Part shown: piece by piece, positions 41,575 through 54,244 of the stretch
How positions within the stretch are numbered: position 1 is the first letter of the stretch
Layout of the letters: each line of letters starts with the position of its first letter
Virus record (IMG/VR): IMGVR_UViG_3300033463_000088
Coordinates: 11,081-75,080 of that record
Reading direction: 5' to 3' (one strand)
Origin: a virus
Lineage: Duplodnaviria > Caudoviricetes
Length of the DNA stretch: 64,000 nt
Translations under genes and position numbers: made by a program
The notes under the pieces: generated by a model
Databases searched by the model: none
Told to the model about the DNA's origin: nothing
What the model saw: the letters and a program-made list of their open reading frames with translations, nothing else

Positions 41575-44500
41575 TTAGCTATTTTTTACTTTGTAAAAAA
41601 CATCAGAGACAACATTAGCATTAATATAACCCTCTATACCATTATTAGTTCTAATGTGTCACATTGGCTGTAATCTACCTCTCAAAGTTAGATTCATATC
41701 TATACCATCTAATGCTTCTAGTATCTCAACAGTAGAATTTTCTTTTGCTTGACCTTGACTATAATGTAATACAGCATTGCCAGATTTAACATAATGAGTT
41801 TCATTATCAATAACTACTTTATTATAGATATCAGCATCATTATATCTAACAAAACCATAAGTAGTACAACCTGGGAACCAATTTGTATAGCCATTAAATT
41901 CACTAATTCGCTCGCCACCAGTTTCAAGATCAAGTCTAAAATAAGTTTTAAATGTTTGATCTCTTAGTCTATATAAAATTTGTTCTGCATTTTGAGCAGA
42001 AATATTATTTCCTAAGATAGTTCTAATATTACCTGCCCCAAAAATATGAACACGTTTTAATAAATAACCATTAGGTCTTTTAACACACATATAAGGACCT
42101 GGTCTACTAGGTATTGGATCTGGTAAAGGTTCAACAAAGCTATTACTTTGTCCCTCGAAAATTGAATTAAGAGACCAGAATCTTGCAGTTAACCAGTCAA
42201 CTAAAAAATCTTTTGCGTCTACTTCAGTTGCCATACTCCAATGAATACTTCTAATATTAGTTATTGGGTGAACTCCAGTAACATAAGCAATACCCATAAT
42301 AATTAATGGTTTAGGTTCTAAATTTCAAGTTTTATTAGCATTCCAAGCCCAACCAATATCTCATTCTCTAAAATTAAATTCAAAGTCATATAATAAGTCA
42401 TTAGAATATTTTTCTAGCATATTAATGCATTTTCTACAGAAAGCGCTTTCTCATAATGCCTGTCATTTTTGTTTAACGAGATTTCTAAATCATTCTGCAT
42501 TAGGTAACATATTGACCCAAGGATTTAAAGTACAGTCTTGAATATAAGATGGACTATTTACTGGGTCTTCAACAAAGAATGGGACAGTTCCCATTGCTAA
42601 GTCAAAATCTCATGGAGCTGTTAAAGTAAGCTTCTTATCACCAGTTTCTGACATATCTAAAGAAAAGTGAAATGAGCTATGTCCAACGTCAGGGTTACAA
42701 ACAATCTCTTGTAGTATAAAAGTTTCTACAAAAGAATCAATATTAATAATTTTACCCAAAACTTCTATTGGATTTGTAGAGGTACTAAAAGATAGATTAT
42801 TATTATCATCAAGTTCATAATAACGTTGATTATGAACCGCTTCATACATAATTCTATAAATCTTTTTCATACGTTCTTTAAGAAATGAAACTTGCATAGG
42901 TGAAGTAATAGTGCTTTTTATAGTATAGCCGTCTCCATCTAATCTTGTTCCACCATCTTGTCTTGACCAAGTATTTGGTTTAGTACTGATGTATCCTGGA
43001 CGTTGAGGTAAGTATTCATTTTCTTGAATAAAGAAAGTTGGGTCAGTCTCGGTTCTAAAATAGTCATCTCTTTCAAAGAAATAACCAATGTCTGTTCCTG
43101 CATAGCCATCTTCTGGCTCAAATACATTAACACGTTCTGGATTTTGCTCTTTATTATCACAGAGTAAATATAAACCTTGATAGTAACTTTTACCTCCAGC
43201 TTCAATATATAAATGAACAAATTTAAAAGTTGGAACTCATTGATGATCACAAATCTGCTTAGCCATAAAAAAGCTTAATGCATTTCTTAGCATAGAATTA
43301 TCACAATATTCTGCTAATAATACCCATTTTTTATTCTTTTGACCATTATTTAATCCAAATAAATTTTGTTTTTTATTAAATCTAATTTGAAAAGCCTTCT
43401 TAGAATAGAAAGCAGTATAATTACCACGAATTTTAACATCAGCTTTAACATCATGTAGTATAAATTTACTATCACAATTACTTGTACTTAATTTTCCGTC
43501 AGCTCTTGGATGCGGAGTATCTTTTTCAGTCAAACTATACCAGTCTTCAAAGTTATCATAAAGATTATCTTCACAAGTAAATGGCTCATTAAAAGTAAAG
43601 GTTAATATTGGAGCGGTTAAATGCTCCTCAAGTTTAAATCCATTAAGTGTTAGCTTAATTGCATTAAATCTAGTACTTACTCAGCTTTTCAAAAGCTGCT
43701 TAGCTTCAGCTTCTGTTGTAATCGAATCATAGAAACTAGTTCTAATACTACCTATATTAACTGGGTTAACTTCTGTTAAATCAAATGCCCATCTAATATT
43801 TCATCTACTAAAGTTTAAGGCGAAGTCATCTACATAGGTGTCAGAATAATCATCTAACATATTAAGACACTTGTTAAAAATATCTGCTTGTTCTAATTGT
43901 TGATATCTTGCTTTTAATAAAGTAATAAATCAATCTGCCTGAGGTAACACAGATACTCATGGGTTATAATGGCAATCTTTACACCATAAAGTAGTTTGTC
44001 CAGCATTTTTTAAACCATTACATAAACCAAAAGTTCTATCATGGTCTCATGGACATGTCAGAGCCAATTTTTTGTTTCCAGTTGGAGACATGTCTAATGA
44101 AAAATAAAATGATGAGTGAGCTAAGTCAGGATCACCGACAGCTTCACAAATTAAAATCATATCAATAAATGAATCTAAGTCAATAACTTTGCTGACTACT
44201 TCTACTGGATTATTTGAACTACTAGGTACTAAAGTTCAAGATTGCCAGTCTGCTATATTTGAAGAGCTAATTTCATAATAAGCTTGATTTACACACGCTT
44301 CATATAAAATAGTATAAGTTAATTGAAAATACTTTTTAGCAAAGTCCTTTTGATCTTGGCTATAAACTTTATTATGAATAGTATAGCCATCAAGTTCTGG
44401 TGCATCAACACCATGTGAGCTATCTGTTTCATGACCAATTACTGGTAAAACATCTGGATAATACTCAGTTGGATATTTAATAACAAAGTTATTTGGTTCT

Positions 44501-45081
44501 TGATTATAGTAGTCATCACGTTCAATATAATAACCAATATCAACGCCTGTATAACCTGCTTCTGGCTCAGGTAGATTAATACGATGCTCGTCTATTTCCT
44601 TCTCATCACAAAGTAAATATAAGCCTTGATATTCATTATCAATATAAATTTGAACAAAAGTAAAAGTAGCGGCCCAATGGCCTCTTAAAATTTGTTGTCC
44701 CATATATAATGCTAAGGCATTTCTTAGCATTGAGTTGTCACCATAATCAGCTAATAAAATCCAATTTGTAGCAGCATGTCCATGATTTAAACCAAAAAGA
44801 TTTTGAGGAGTGCTCAATGTAAGTCTAAATGGCTTTTTATTATACATAGAAGTATAATTACCACGAACCCTTATAGTTGCAGAAATATTCTGTAAAATAA
44901 AGTTGCTATCACAATTACTAGTTGAGACAGTTCCAGGAACCTCAGAACGAGGCTCACGTAGACGTTGTGCATTATACCAAGATTGTCATGAATTAAAAGA
45001 ACTGCTACTCTCAATAAATGGAGTTCGGCAAGTAAAATCTAATCTAGGAGCTGAATTAAAAATAATATAATCTTTGGACAT
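41575..45081 (-). CDS. Tandem CotH-family kinase with C-terminal SH3b-like domain (1168 aa), 15 TGA
   Basis: Two copies of I.(V/I)RGNYT...KK.F, W(I/V)LLA(D/E)Y.DNSMLRNAL, YQGLYLLCD and P[W]D(H/F)D. The C-terminus has [W]HIRTNNGIEGYINANVV. Four track fragments share one frame. Confidence 0.87.
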
Positions 45082-45084
45082 AAA

Positions 45085-45729
45085 TTAGTTATTTGGATTA
45101 TCTGAAATAAAATAAATTGTTCCTTCATTTAATTTTCCAGCATTAATGACATCACTTTGGTATTCTGCAAAAGTGCCATACCAGAATTTAGAGCCATATA
45201 AAGCTGCAGTTTGTTCAACCATAGCTGCAGTATTAGCTTCATTAGTTGCAGCAGCGGTTGCAGCACCTCTAGCATTAGTAGCTTCTTGAGCTGCTCTATC
45301 TGCTTGTGCTTGTGCTGTAGATATTGCATTATTTAATGCAGTTTGGTCAAGTGTTCTTTGCCAGCTTAAACCACCATTATTAGCCATTGGGAATAAACCG
45401 TTTTGACTTGCTTCGCCTGTAAAGCCTGCAATTCTAAGACCATCTTCACCATATTCAATACTTTGACCATCAGCAAGAGCTTTGGCTTCCCATTGGTCTG
45501 TAGTTTCATTATAAATTAAAATTTGTCCGTCGAGAGCGTCTTCAATTTCAATGCCACCACCAGCAACATAATCTAAATCTTCATAATTATGAATACCATC
45601 GCCAATCTTTAGCTTTTTAGTATCCATTTCAAAGATTGGTTCGCCCTCTTTTGGTTTATTATCACCACTGAGGAAGGTAATTAAAGCACTACGATTACCG
45701 CGTTTTATTTGAATAACTTCAATTTTCAT
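45085..45729 (-). CDS. Tail protein with Mtd_N/hyaluronidase-type N-terminal domain
   Basis: IQIKRG...EGEPIFEMDTKKLKIGDG...L.Y motif; Ala-rich coiled coil. Confidence 0.75.
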   Translation of the reverse strand: MKIEVIQIKRGNRSALITFLSGDNKPKEGEPIFEMDTKKLKIGDGIHNYEDLDYVAGGGIEIEDALDGQILIYNETTDQWEAKALADGQSIEYGEDGLRIAGFTGEASQNGLFPMANNGGLSWQRTLDQTALNNAISTAQAQADRAAQEATNARGAATAAATNEANTAAMVEQTAALYGSKFWYGTFAEYQSDVINAGKLNEGTIYFISDNPNN

Positions 45730-46355
45730 TACTCTATTCTACCTCCATCAATTGTAATTTCTAAATTAGCTACTGCAGAAGCTAAATCTGCTTTAGTAGC
45801 TGCTTCAGTTTTTGTATATACTTCTGACTTCTTTGCATAAGTTATAGCAGCATTAATTTTTGTCTCAGCTTCTGCTTTTGATGCTGCACCAATATCTTCT
45901 GGTGTTAAATTTACAACGCCAGTTTTACCATTAATAGACTCAACACCAACATCAGCGCTAATAATACCATTTTGAATTCTAATATGGTCACCAGCAACTA
46001 AACTAGAAGATTCTGCTAATTCTTGAAGTCTATTTCTAACCTCTTCGCTTAAGTCTTCTCAGCGAATTTCTTTTCTAAGAACTGTTGTAGCAACAATTTT
46101 TGTTGGCTTTCCATTATCATCAATATATAAATAAGCTTCATTTGATAAATTATCAATAGTAATATCTTCAACAGATTCAGAATCTTTTAATGCAAAAGGA
46201 ACATAAAGCTTAGCAATATTTTCTGATAATGTTTTAAGCTTTAAGTCAGAATAATCAGTTTGTTGACGAGTGGCAGACTGACACTCCTTTACAGAGGCAG
46301 TCGTGCTATTATCAACTACTGTAGGTTTAACAGGTTTTGGGATTTCTCTTGGCAT
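45729..46355 (-). CDS. Tail-region protein (208 aa), 1 TGA
   Basis: Continues past TGA 46059 through VESINGKTGVVNLTPEDIGA (fibre repeat) to a TAA overlapping the next ATG. Confidence 0.75.
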
Positions 46356-46366
46356 AAGTTATCTCC

Positions 46367-46570
46367 CTATAAATCAATTTCAATATAATCTTTTACTTGG
46401 CCCTTATTACCAAGATTTACAGATTTAGTAAAAACTTTTCCAGTAACAGTATTTTTTAAAGCTTTTCCTTCTGCAGGATACAAAACATAAGCTTCTGTAA
46501 GTGCTGTTCTAAGAATTTTACGATTTTCATCAAGAATATTTGTAATAGTTTGAATAATATTAATTGTCAT
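46367..46570 (-). CDS. Small hypothetical protein
   Basis: 67-aa ORF with SD. Confidence 0.6.
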   Translation of the reverse strand: MTINIIQTITNILDENRKILRTALTEAYVLYPAEGKALKNTVTGKVFTKSVNLGNKGQVKDYIEIDL

Positions 46571-46581
46571 AAAATTTACCT

Positions 46582-49500
46582 CTATAAGTCATTAGTATAA
46601 GGAATTAAGTTATAGAAACCAATACCACTACTATGGCAGTTCCAATATGGACCATAGACACTGGCGGTCATTTCAGGAGTAATAATTGCTGGAATATGAA
46701 TATCAAGATTTTGGTTTGTTTGTGAGAACCAACCATCAGAAGGATCAACAACCTTGAAATCACTACTTGTTAAGTATAAGTTAGCTCTACGTAAACCAGT
46801 ACAAGATTCAAATGCATTATCACCAATAGAAATAACTGACATTGGAACAGTGATACTAGATAATGAAATACAATAGAAGAATGCTAGGTTTCCAATTACC
46901 TCTAAGCCTGATGGTAAAGTAATATTTACTAAGCTATCGCAAAGAGAGAAGGCACGTTCACCAATTTCTTTAATTGTAGCAGGTAATGTAATATTTCTTA
47001 ATGCTAAAACACCAAAATTATCTGCACTAAATACTCTATCTGGAATCTTCTCAGTCCAAGCAAATTTAATTGCATAATCACCACTAATTGGACCAGCAGT
47101 GGTTAATAATGGACAACCTTGTAAGCAGAGAGAGCCAAAGCTCATTTCAGCAGCTTCAAAAGTAATACTTTCTAAGCTAGTACAATTTTGGAAAACTGCG
47201 TCACCTAAATTAACAACAGATGTGCCTAATGTAATTTCTTCAATAGCCGTGCAGTTTGCAAAAGCACGTTCACCTAAGGTTGTTATACTATTAGAGAAGC
47301 TAATATCAGTAAGAGCTGAGCAGTTATTAAATGCATAACTTGAAATAGTAGTTAATGGACATTGAGGAATAAATGTTACAGACTCTAAACTTGTGCAGCT
47401 ATCGAAAGCATAACTTCCTAATAAAGCTAATTTAGTTGGTAAAACAACAGTAGTTAGGTTATTACAACCATAGAAAGCACGTTCATAAATTTGTTTAATT
47501 GAACTTGGAATTTCATTTGTAATAACAGTAATATCTTCACCATGTTCTCTTCCTGAGACTTTGAATGTTGTTGCACCAGTGCATCCTTCGAATGTTGACG
47601 CAGAAATTCTTGTCATAAATTTAGTCAAATGAATAGCAACTAAATTTGTAGCATTTCTAAATGCGCCAGCTCTTGTATATGGAACATCATAAGAGAAGCT
47701 AACATCAGAAACTGTGTTAATTGGGACAATTGCTGGGTTATCATAGTTATATCCTAATAAGTAAGTACCAACTTTTCTTGATAATTCAATAGTTTGAGGA
47801 CCACTTGAAGCATAAGTATGTTGAATAGAAATTTGTCCATAACTATTTATACGTTCTGGAGAAGAACCATCACCCCAGTCAATCTCAACACCATTATATT
47901 CTGTTTGAGAATAATTTAGTGTGATAGTAAAATCATTTTCTGGAATTGATAATGAAATATAAGTTGGAATAGTAACAGCATCCCATCTAGCATTTAACTG
48001 AATATTTTCAACAACTTCATCAGTCATAAATTGCCAGATTTGATTATCATTTGTTAACCAAGCAGTTAAAGCATCACCTTGATATAATTGAGGATCTGGT
48101 TCATTAATCAGATGTCTATATAAAACAGGTTGGTCTGCTAATGGTTCACCTTTTTGGTTCATATTAAAGCTTACTCAATAAGTTTTAGGTTGAACAGAGC
48201 CATTAATAACTGCTGGACCATCAATAATAATTTCATCACCTTGTTCTAAGAATGTATTATTATAAGATAATGTTAAATTTTCATAATGACTATCACAAGT
48301 TGCTCTAACAACAACTGTTGTGCCAAGTAAAGCAAAGTTTGTCATTGTGACACCATCTTCAGTTAATTGTAATTGAATTTGATCAACAAAAGTATCTCTT
48401 TCATTATGAATATTTGGATTTAATGTAATTGTATCTGCATGTAATTTTGCCCAAGAAACATTGCCTTGGTCATCTTTAACATGAAAGTAATAGTCACCAG
48501 GACCACTAATTGTATATTCGCCTTCAAATAATGTTACAGGAGTAATATCTGTCCAATTTGGGTCAGCTAAATCAACTTCTTCACTGTCTGTAACAATCCA
48601 GCCAGTAACACCCATGTTATCAGTTGCTCTAAATGCAAACTTATTGAAAGCAATTCTTGTTAAAGTAACAACTGGGACGTTTTCATCTTGCCATCTTGCA
48701 GCAAGAACAACGTTCATTGTAGTTGGGAAGTTGAGAATATCACCAGAGATAGTCTTTGTTGCAAAGTCAACAATATCATTATTTGCTGTATATCAACCTA
48801 AGAAACGAACACCTGAAGGAATTGTGCTCTCATCAATTGTTGGTTCTGGAATTAAACTACCATAAAGTAAATCATTATATTCTGGTTCGACATTAATAAC
48901 ATCAGAACGTGTATCATAAATAATATGGTAAGTTTGAGTATGGTCATCATAAATAGCATGAATATCTAGGTCAGTTAAAACTTCTGAATAAGATGTATCC
49001 CATCTATTAAATGTGTAATAAAGTTGAGGAATTGGTGCTCTTGTTGGAATACTTGGAGTAATAGCATAAGTTCCGCGTTCAATAAATTGAACATCATGTT
49101 CAGTTTCGTCATTCCAGAAGGTAACAGTGCAAAGAACCTTAGCATTAATAGTAACTTCTGGATACATATCTAATAATTCTTTCCATTCAGCATAAGAAAC
49201 TGGGTTTGTTTCAGAGCCAGGAATATGAATTATACCAGTAATTTGTGCTTTATCAGTTGTATCACCTTTGGCATCTTTACCTTTCATGCTATTAAGTTTT
49301 ACATAAAGTTGTCTAATATCATCAATAGTATCAACAGTTTCATTGATATTAATTAAACGAACATTAGAACCTTCTGGCATATTATGAATAATACCAAAAG
49401 TATCCATAACAGCTGCTGGAATATCTTCTAACCAAACAGATGTTAATTTATTTGTGCCTGCTAAAACTAATTCTTCTAAGTTTGGGTGATTTCTAATTGT

Positions 49501-52500
49501 TAAGTCTGTAATTGAAGCTGGTAAATGAATTCTCTTTAAGTTACCACCAATAGGGAAGTTAATACCTTGAATATTAGTATTATCAAAATAAACATCTTCA
49601 ATACTTGTACAGTTAGATAAGTCAATAACTTTTGTTTCACCTGTTCCTAAAGCTGAACAGTTTCTAGCATCAATATATGTAAGTAAGTGGTTATTACCAA
49701 CGTTAAGTGTAGTTAATTTATTATTTGAATAACCATCAGCATTAGAACCAATTTGTAATCTTTGAAGCTTTGTAGCGGCAGAGAAATCAGCATAGCCTGG
49801 TTTTAATGCAGAAATATCGCCAACGTCTCTTAATAAGTCAGCAGAATAGATGATGACAACAGAGTCAGATCCTGCTGGATCCCAATGTAATGGAGGAACA
49901 ATAGTATAAGCGGTATCTTTTTGGGCATCAACTGTAACCATTAAGTCATCGACTGCTTGGTCAAAGACGCCTGTAATATAGCAGTTAATGTATGGAGTAA
50001 CAGTTAAATTAGCTCTTTGGTAAGCACGGAGCATAATATTTTCACCCTTAGCATCACCAGTTCTATATTTACTGTCTAAGTATCTAAATCTATTCCATAA
50101 CCACCATTTTCTTTGTTCTTCTTTAGAACCTTGCGCCATACCTAAGTAAGTAGCATCATTATTTTTAATTAATGGTTCTAAATATTTTGTATAAGAGTCT
50201 TCATTAAAGATAGATGCAGACCAATAAGCTTGGTGGTCTTCAAATAATTTTTCAATAATATCATAAGACCAAGCCATATCACCACCAGCATTGCCAGAAC
50301 GTAAATCAGCATATAAAGCTTTTAATTCATTAGGGAATGCATCTCTTAAGTTATTCCAGAAAGTTGAGTCTTGTCCATTATAAACGTTCATACCGCCAAC
50401 AATATCTGTATCTTCAGCGTCATAGTTGAAGACTAAAAGACCTTCGTTGTTAGTACCAATCGCAGTATCCATGTCGTATGGGAGCCAGAATCATCTGTTT
50501 CCACCATCGCCTGGTTTATGGCTCTTTAAGTAAGCCATCATTGCGTTTTTAGCACGAGAGTCAACCATTAAGAATAACTCAGTATATAAGTAATAGAATA
50601 ATGAAGATTGTAAATCGAAATGTAATGTTAATTCATTTCTGAATTTTTGCAATTTGGCTTGTTTTTGTTCTTCTGTGTCTGTTGATAAACGTCTTGTAGA
50701 TGCAATCCAAGTGCAAATTGCTTGTAGTTTATCTAATTCGCCTGGTTGAGTTCCATATGGATGTTCATCATCACCATAATCTTCTGGATATCTTGACTCA
50801 AATGAAGAGTCCCAGTTAGACAAGTCATCATTTTGGAATAAAACAAGTGGTGTAGTATTGTTAATAAATTCTCAACATTCATCACCATCAGAGAAACCAA
50901 AGGTATCTTTGTTATCTTTATCATTATTAAAGTTCATTTTACCGTAGAAATAAGTTTCTGCAGTATTATCATGGAACATAATAATTGGGAAACCATCAAT
51001 ACCAGTTCTAACACGGTCTTTTGTGATATAACCATCAGCTGTATCATCAGCATCTTGATCTAATTCAGATGGCATATAGAAGTTTTTAGTTAATTCAAAG
51101 TATCTAACAAGTTCAACGTTATTTGCGCCTTCTGAAGAAGCAACGTCAGCTTTAAAAGTAAACTTCTTTTCTTTCTTAGAAAGTGGTGGTATAAGCTTAT
51201 ATTTATTGCTATGGTTGCCATCTATATCATCAAAACCTTCTTTAAAGTTAATCTTGAAGTTCTTTCTATAATAGTATTGAGAAGATGTACCTTGAACGTC
51301 GACACTTGCATCTTTAGCAGTAAAATATCTGTCATCACTACCTGGATAAACAAATTCAACATCCATTAATTTCTTATCTTTTTTATAGTTTGGTAAAACT
51401 TCACCAGTTAAAACCATATAAGGAGTTCTACTTGGAATTTTTTCAATAATAACTTTACCTGTTTCATCAAAGTTATCATTATCTTGGAAGTAAATAGCTT
51501 TTGTAATTGGGTCCCTCATGTCAGCGATCCAGTTATTAACTACTTGCTTTCTTGTTAATGAGTTATCATAAATACGAATAGTATAAATATCTAATGTAGC
51601 ATCATTGCTACCTAAAATAATATTAGCAGCAGGTGCTTGTTCAAAAGTATCACCGACAGGGTATCTAGCAACACCAGACATAATGCCGTTGATATACATA
51701 TAGATTAATCTATTTTCAGTACGTTTTTCAATAACGAATGCTAATCTAACTCTTTCGTTTTCTTTATATTGGGTAGAAAGAGAAGATAATTGAGATTGGA
51801 ACTTTGCTAATTGAGGAGTAATGTAAATACCTCTACCAACAACTTCATAAGCAACAGTAATTCTGTCACCATTAATGAAGTATTCACTTGGTGTTCCATC
51901 ACGCTCTTCTAACTTGATATTAATACCATAAATATTATCTTCACCTAAATCAACAACTTCACCATCTAAAATCCAGTTTGTGCCATTATGTAAGAATAGA
52001 TATGTTTTATGGTCTCCTCTAACTGCTTCAACGAATTTATTATTGTCAACATCGAGAATAGTAAAATATTTAGCACGGTCATCTTCACCTGCTAATGTTT
52101 GACTATATGTTAAGGAATCGCCACCAGTTAAACATTCGAAGATACGAGACTCATATTTCTTAACGTCTGTAGTAGCAAATTCAATTTCAATTGTTTTACC
52201 TGTTTGTTGTAAGTCTTTATAGAATGGTTGATATGGAATTTCAACACGAGCATCACCAGAAAGTCTTAAAACAGTTGCACCTTCGTCATCTTGGACCCAA
52301 CCATTTGAGCTCCAGTTAAAACCTGTTAAGGTACAGTGAATATCTCTATCAAAGTCATCCCATTTTCTTCTAACTTCTGGAGTTTCAGCATTACTTCTTC
52401 CAAATGTGCTTAAATATAAAACCTGGTTCTCAGTAACTGGGTCAACTTGAATAGTGCTTTCATAAATATGAACGTTAAACATTCTAATAATATCGCCAGT

Positions 52501-53745
52501 TTGAACTGTATAAATATGATTACCAGTGACAGTTGGTCTAATTTCTCAGTTTTGCCAAGCCATATCAACTGATAATGGGTCTCCAATTGTTTCACCATCA
52601 ATATATTGAATAACAGTAGAATTATTTAATCCTGGTGTATATACACGGTATCTAATATTAAATGCAACATATTGTTCTTGTTCTGACTCACTAGGGAATG
52701 TAGAAGCAATAATTGGTGTTTGATTACCTGCAACATAGCAGATTAAGTCATAGTTTAAGACATTAGATGTAACTAAGTCTTCACCTAAAACTGCAGTAAA
52801 ATAAACACTTAAAGTATGAGCACCATGAGCTTGTGCTGGAATAATCTTTGTGCATTGTTCACCAGTTGTTTTAATAACATCTTGTCCAATTTCTCTTCCA
52901 TCAACAATAAAGTGAACTGTTTTTGCAACATCACCAATTGGGACATATGTATAAGTAATAAAGCCAGTATAACTGACATCATCTTCAAATGCAGATGTTA
53001 ATTTAAGAGAAACAGCGTTAATGTTTCCGATAATATTTTTAGTAGTTGAATAAGTATCAGTAACTTTGAATTCAACTTTATTACTGCCTGATTTTAAATA
53101 AGCAGAAATATCACACTCATAATCACCTTGAGGAACAGACTTCTTAGCAACTAATACATCATTGACATAAACGAGCATTGTGCCGTTTCCAGTTGGATCT
53201 CCGTCTCTCTTAGATGTCCAATTAACTTTTAATACAACTTCTGCACCGACAGCAACAGATGTTGGCCAATATGGTTCTTTTGTGACTGGATCTTTATTTA
53301 CTAATGTGACTGTAGTAACACCTCCACCACTACTGCCACCAGAGCCATCTCCGCTACCTCCACCTGAAATACTATAAGGACCTGATACAATGTATTCACC
53401 ATTTTTACCAGGATTTCCTTGACCAGTTGTTTCATCAACTTCAGATGTAAAATACCAATAAGCTTTTCTAGCAAATTGTTTATCTACGTCAAAATACATG
53501 CCCTTAACTTTTTTATCATTTGCTTGGGCAATAATATTTGCAATATCGGTTGTATTTACTTTTTGTGCTAATTTTTCTTCTAAACCAGTGATTGCTGAAA
53601 TAGGATGTTGATCATCAGCATCCCTATTAAATAATCTGTTATGGTCTGTTACTCCGCTTCCACCAGTGGCAGTAGCTGTTTTATTATCACGGGAAGAAAT
53701 AGAACCATTAAATGATTGTTTAGATTTTATTGTTCCACTTGCCAT
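46582..53745 (-). CDS. Giant 2387-aa surface/virion protein: Ig-like, LamG-like, CotH-like, LRR, InlB-B-type repeats, PKD, BspA-type LRR; 5 TGA
   Basis: Six track ORFs share one frame, joined by TGA at 52546, 50872, 50491, 48793 and 48175. Motifs VQGTSSQYYYRKNF, MVDSRAKN, [W]FWLPYDMD, IDWGDGS and IxxxAFxxCxxL repeats. Confidence 0.87.
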
Positions 53746-53760
53746 ACAGCTTTCCTTTCA

Positions 53761-54138
53761 TTAATCATTGATTACAAATTTAGTTTTGTTAATTACAGTA
53801 ATTACTTTATCAATAAATTCACTTTCAGTATTTTTCATTCTATGTAGTTTAACTGCATAGTAATATACGCCAGGAAGTAAATCAAGTGTGTCTTCAGGTC
53901 TAATTTCAATATTTAAATTTCCACCCTCATCACAGTCATCTTTTGTATATCTCTTTCTCAAAAGAGCATCCTCAAACTTTTGACGCGGGTCCATTAAACC
54001 AAAGTAAAGAACATCATCATCTTGTAGAATGTATCTACCGTCTGTTGAATCATCATAAATAGTGAGGTCAAAAGCATATGTATCACCTCTATTTATTGTA
54101 ATAATATTAGCTGCAAAATTTTTATTTGTGCTTCCCAT
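53761..54138 (-). CDS. BppU-like baseplate/Ig-fold protein
   Basis: ITINRGDT..FDLTI...YFG...L.PG.YYY.VKL pattern. Confidence 0.55.
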   Translation of the reverse strand: MGSTNKNFAANIITINRGDTYAFDLTIYDDSTDGRYILQDDDVLYFGLMDPRQKFEDALLRKRYTKDDCDEGGNLNIEIRPEDTLDLLPGVYYYAVKLHRMKNTESEFIDKVITVINKTKFVIND

Positions 54139-54165
54139 AAACTGTCTCCTGACGAATTAATCATA

Positions 54166-54175
54166 TAATTTAGCA
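54166..54175 (-). promoter_or_regulatory. Putative late-promoter motif TGCTAAATTA
   Basis: Between the 54196 terminator and ATG 54138. Confidence 0.65.
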
Positions 54176-54195
54176 ATTAATAGGCTTAGTTATAA

Positions 54196-54220
54196 ATAAA
54201 AAGCAGCATTTATGCTGCTT
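54196..54220 (-). terminator. Intrinsic terminator
   Basis: AAGCAGCAT/ATGCTGCTT stem followed by a T-tract. Confidence 0.75.
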
Positions 54221-54244
54221 AATATTTTTGTATTTTTTAGGTTA

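Noticed and set aside
27661-43239. TGA read as Gly (code 25) or as selenocysteine
   Set aside because: Paralogous repeats have TGG (Trp) at the same positions, and motifs such as PWDFD and WHH require Trp. There is no Cys-type context.
29291-43250. Alternate-frame track ORFs such as 29291, 30242, 31741, 33028, 34336, 36373, 37096 and 42939
   Set aside because: They lie wholly within longer code-4 genes, have L/Q/M-biased shadow composition and lack an SD.
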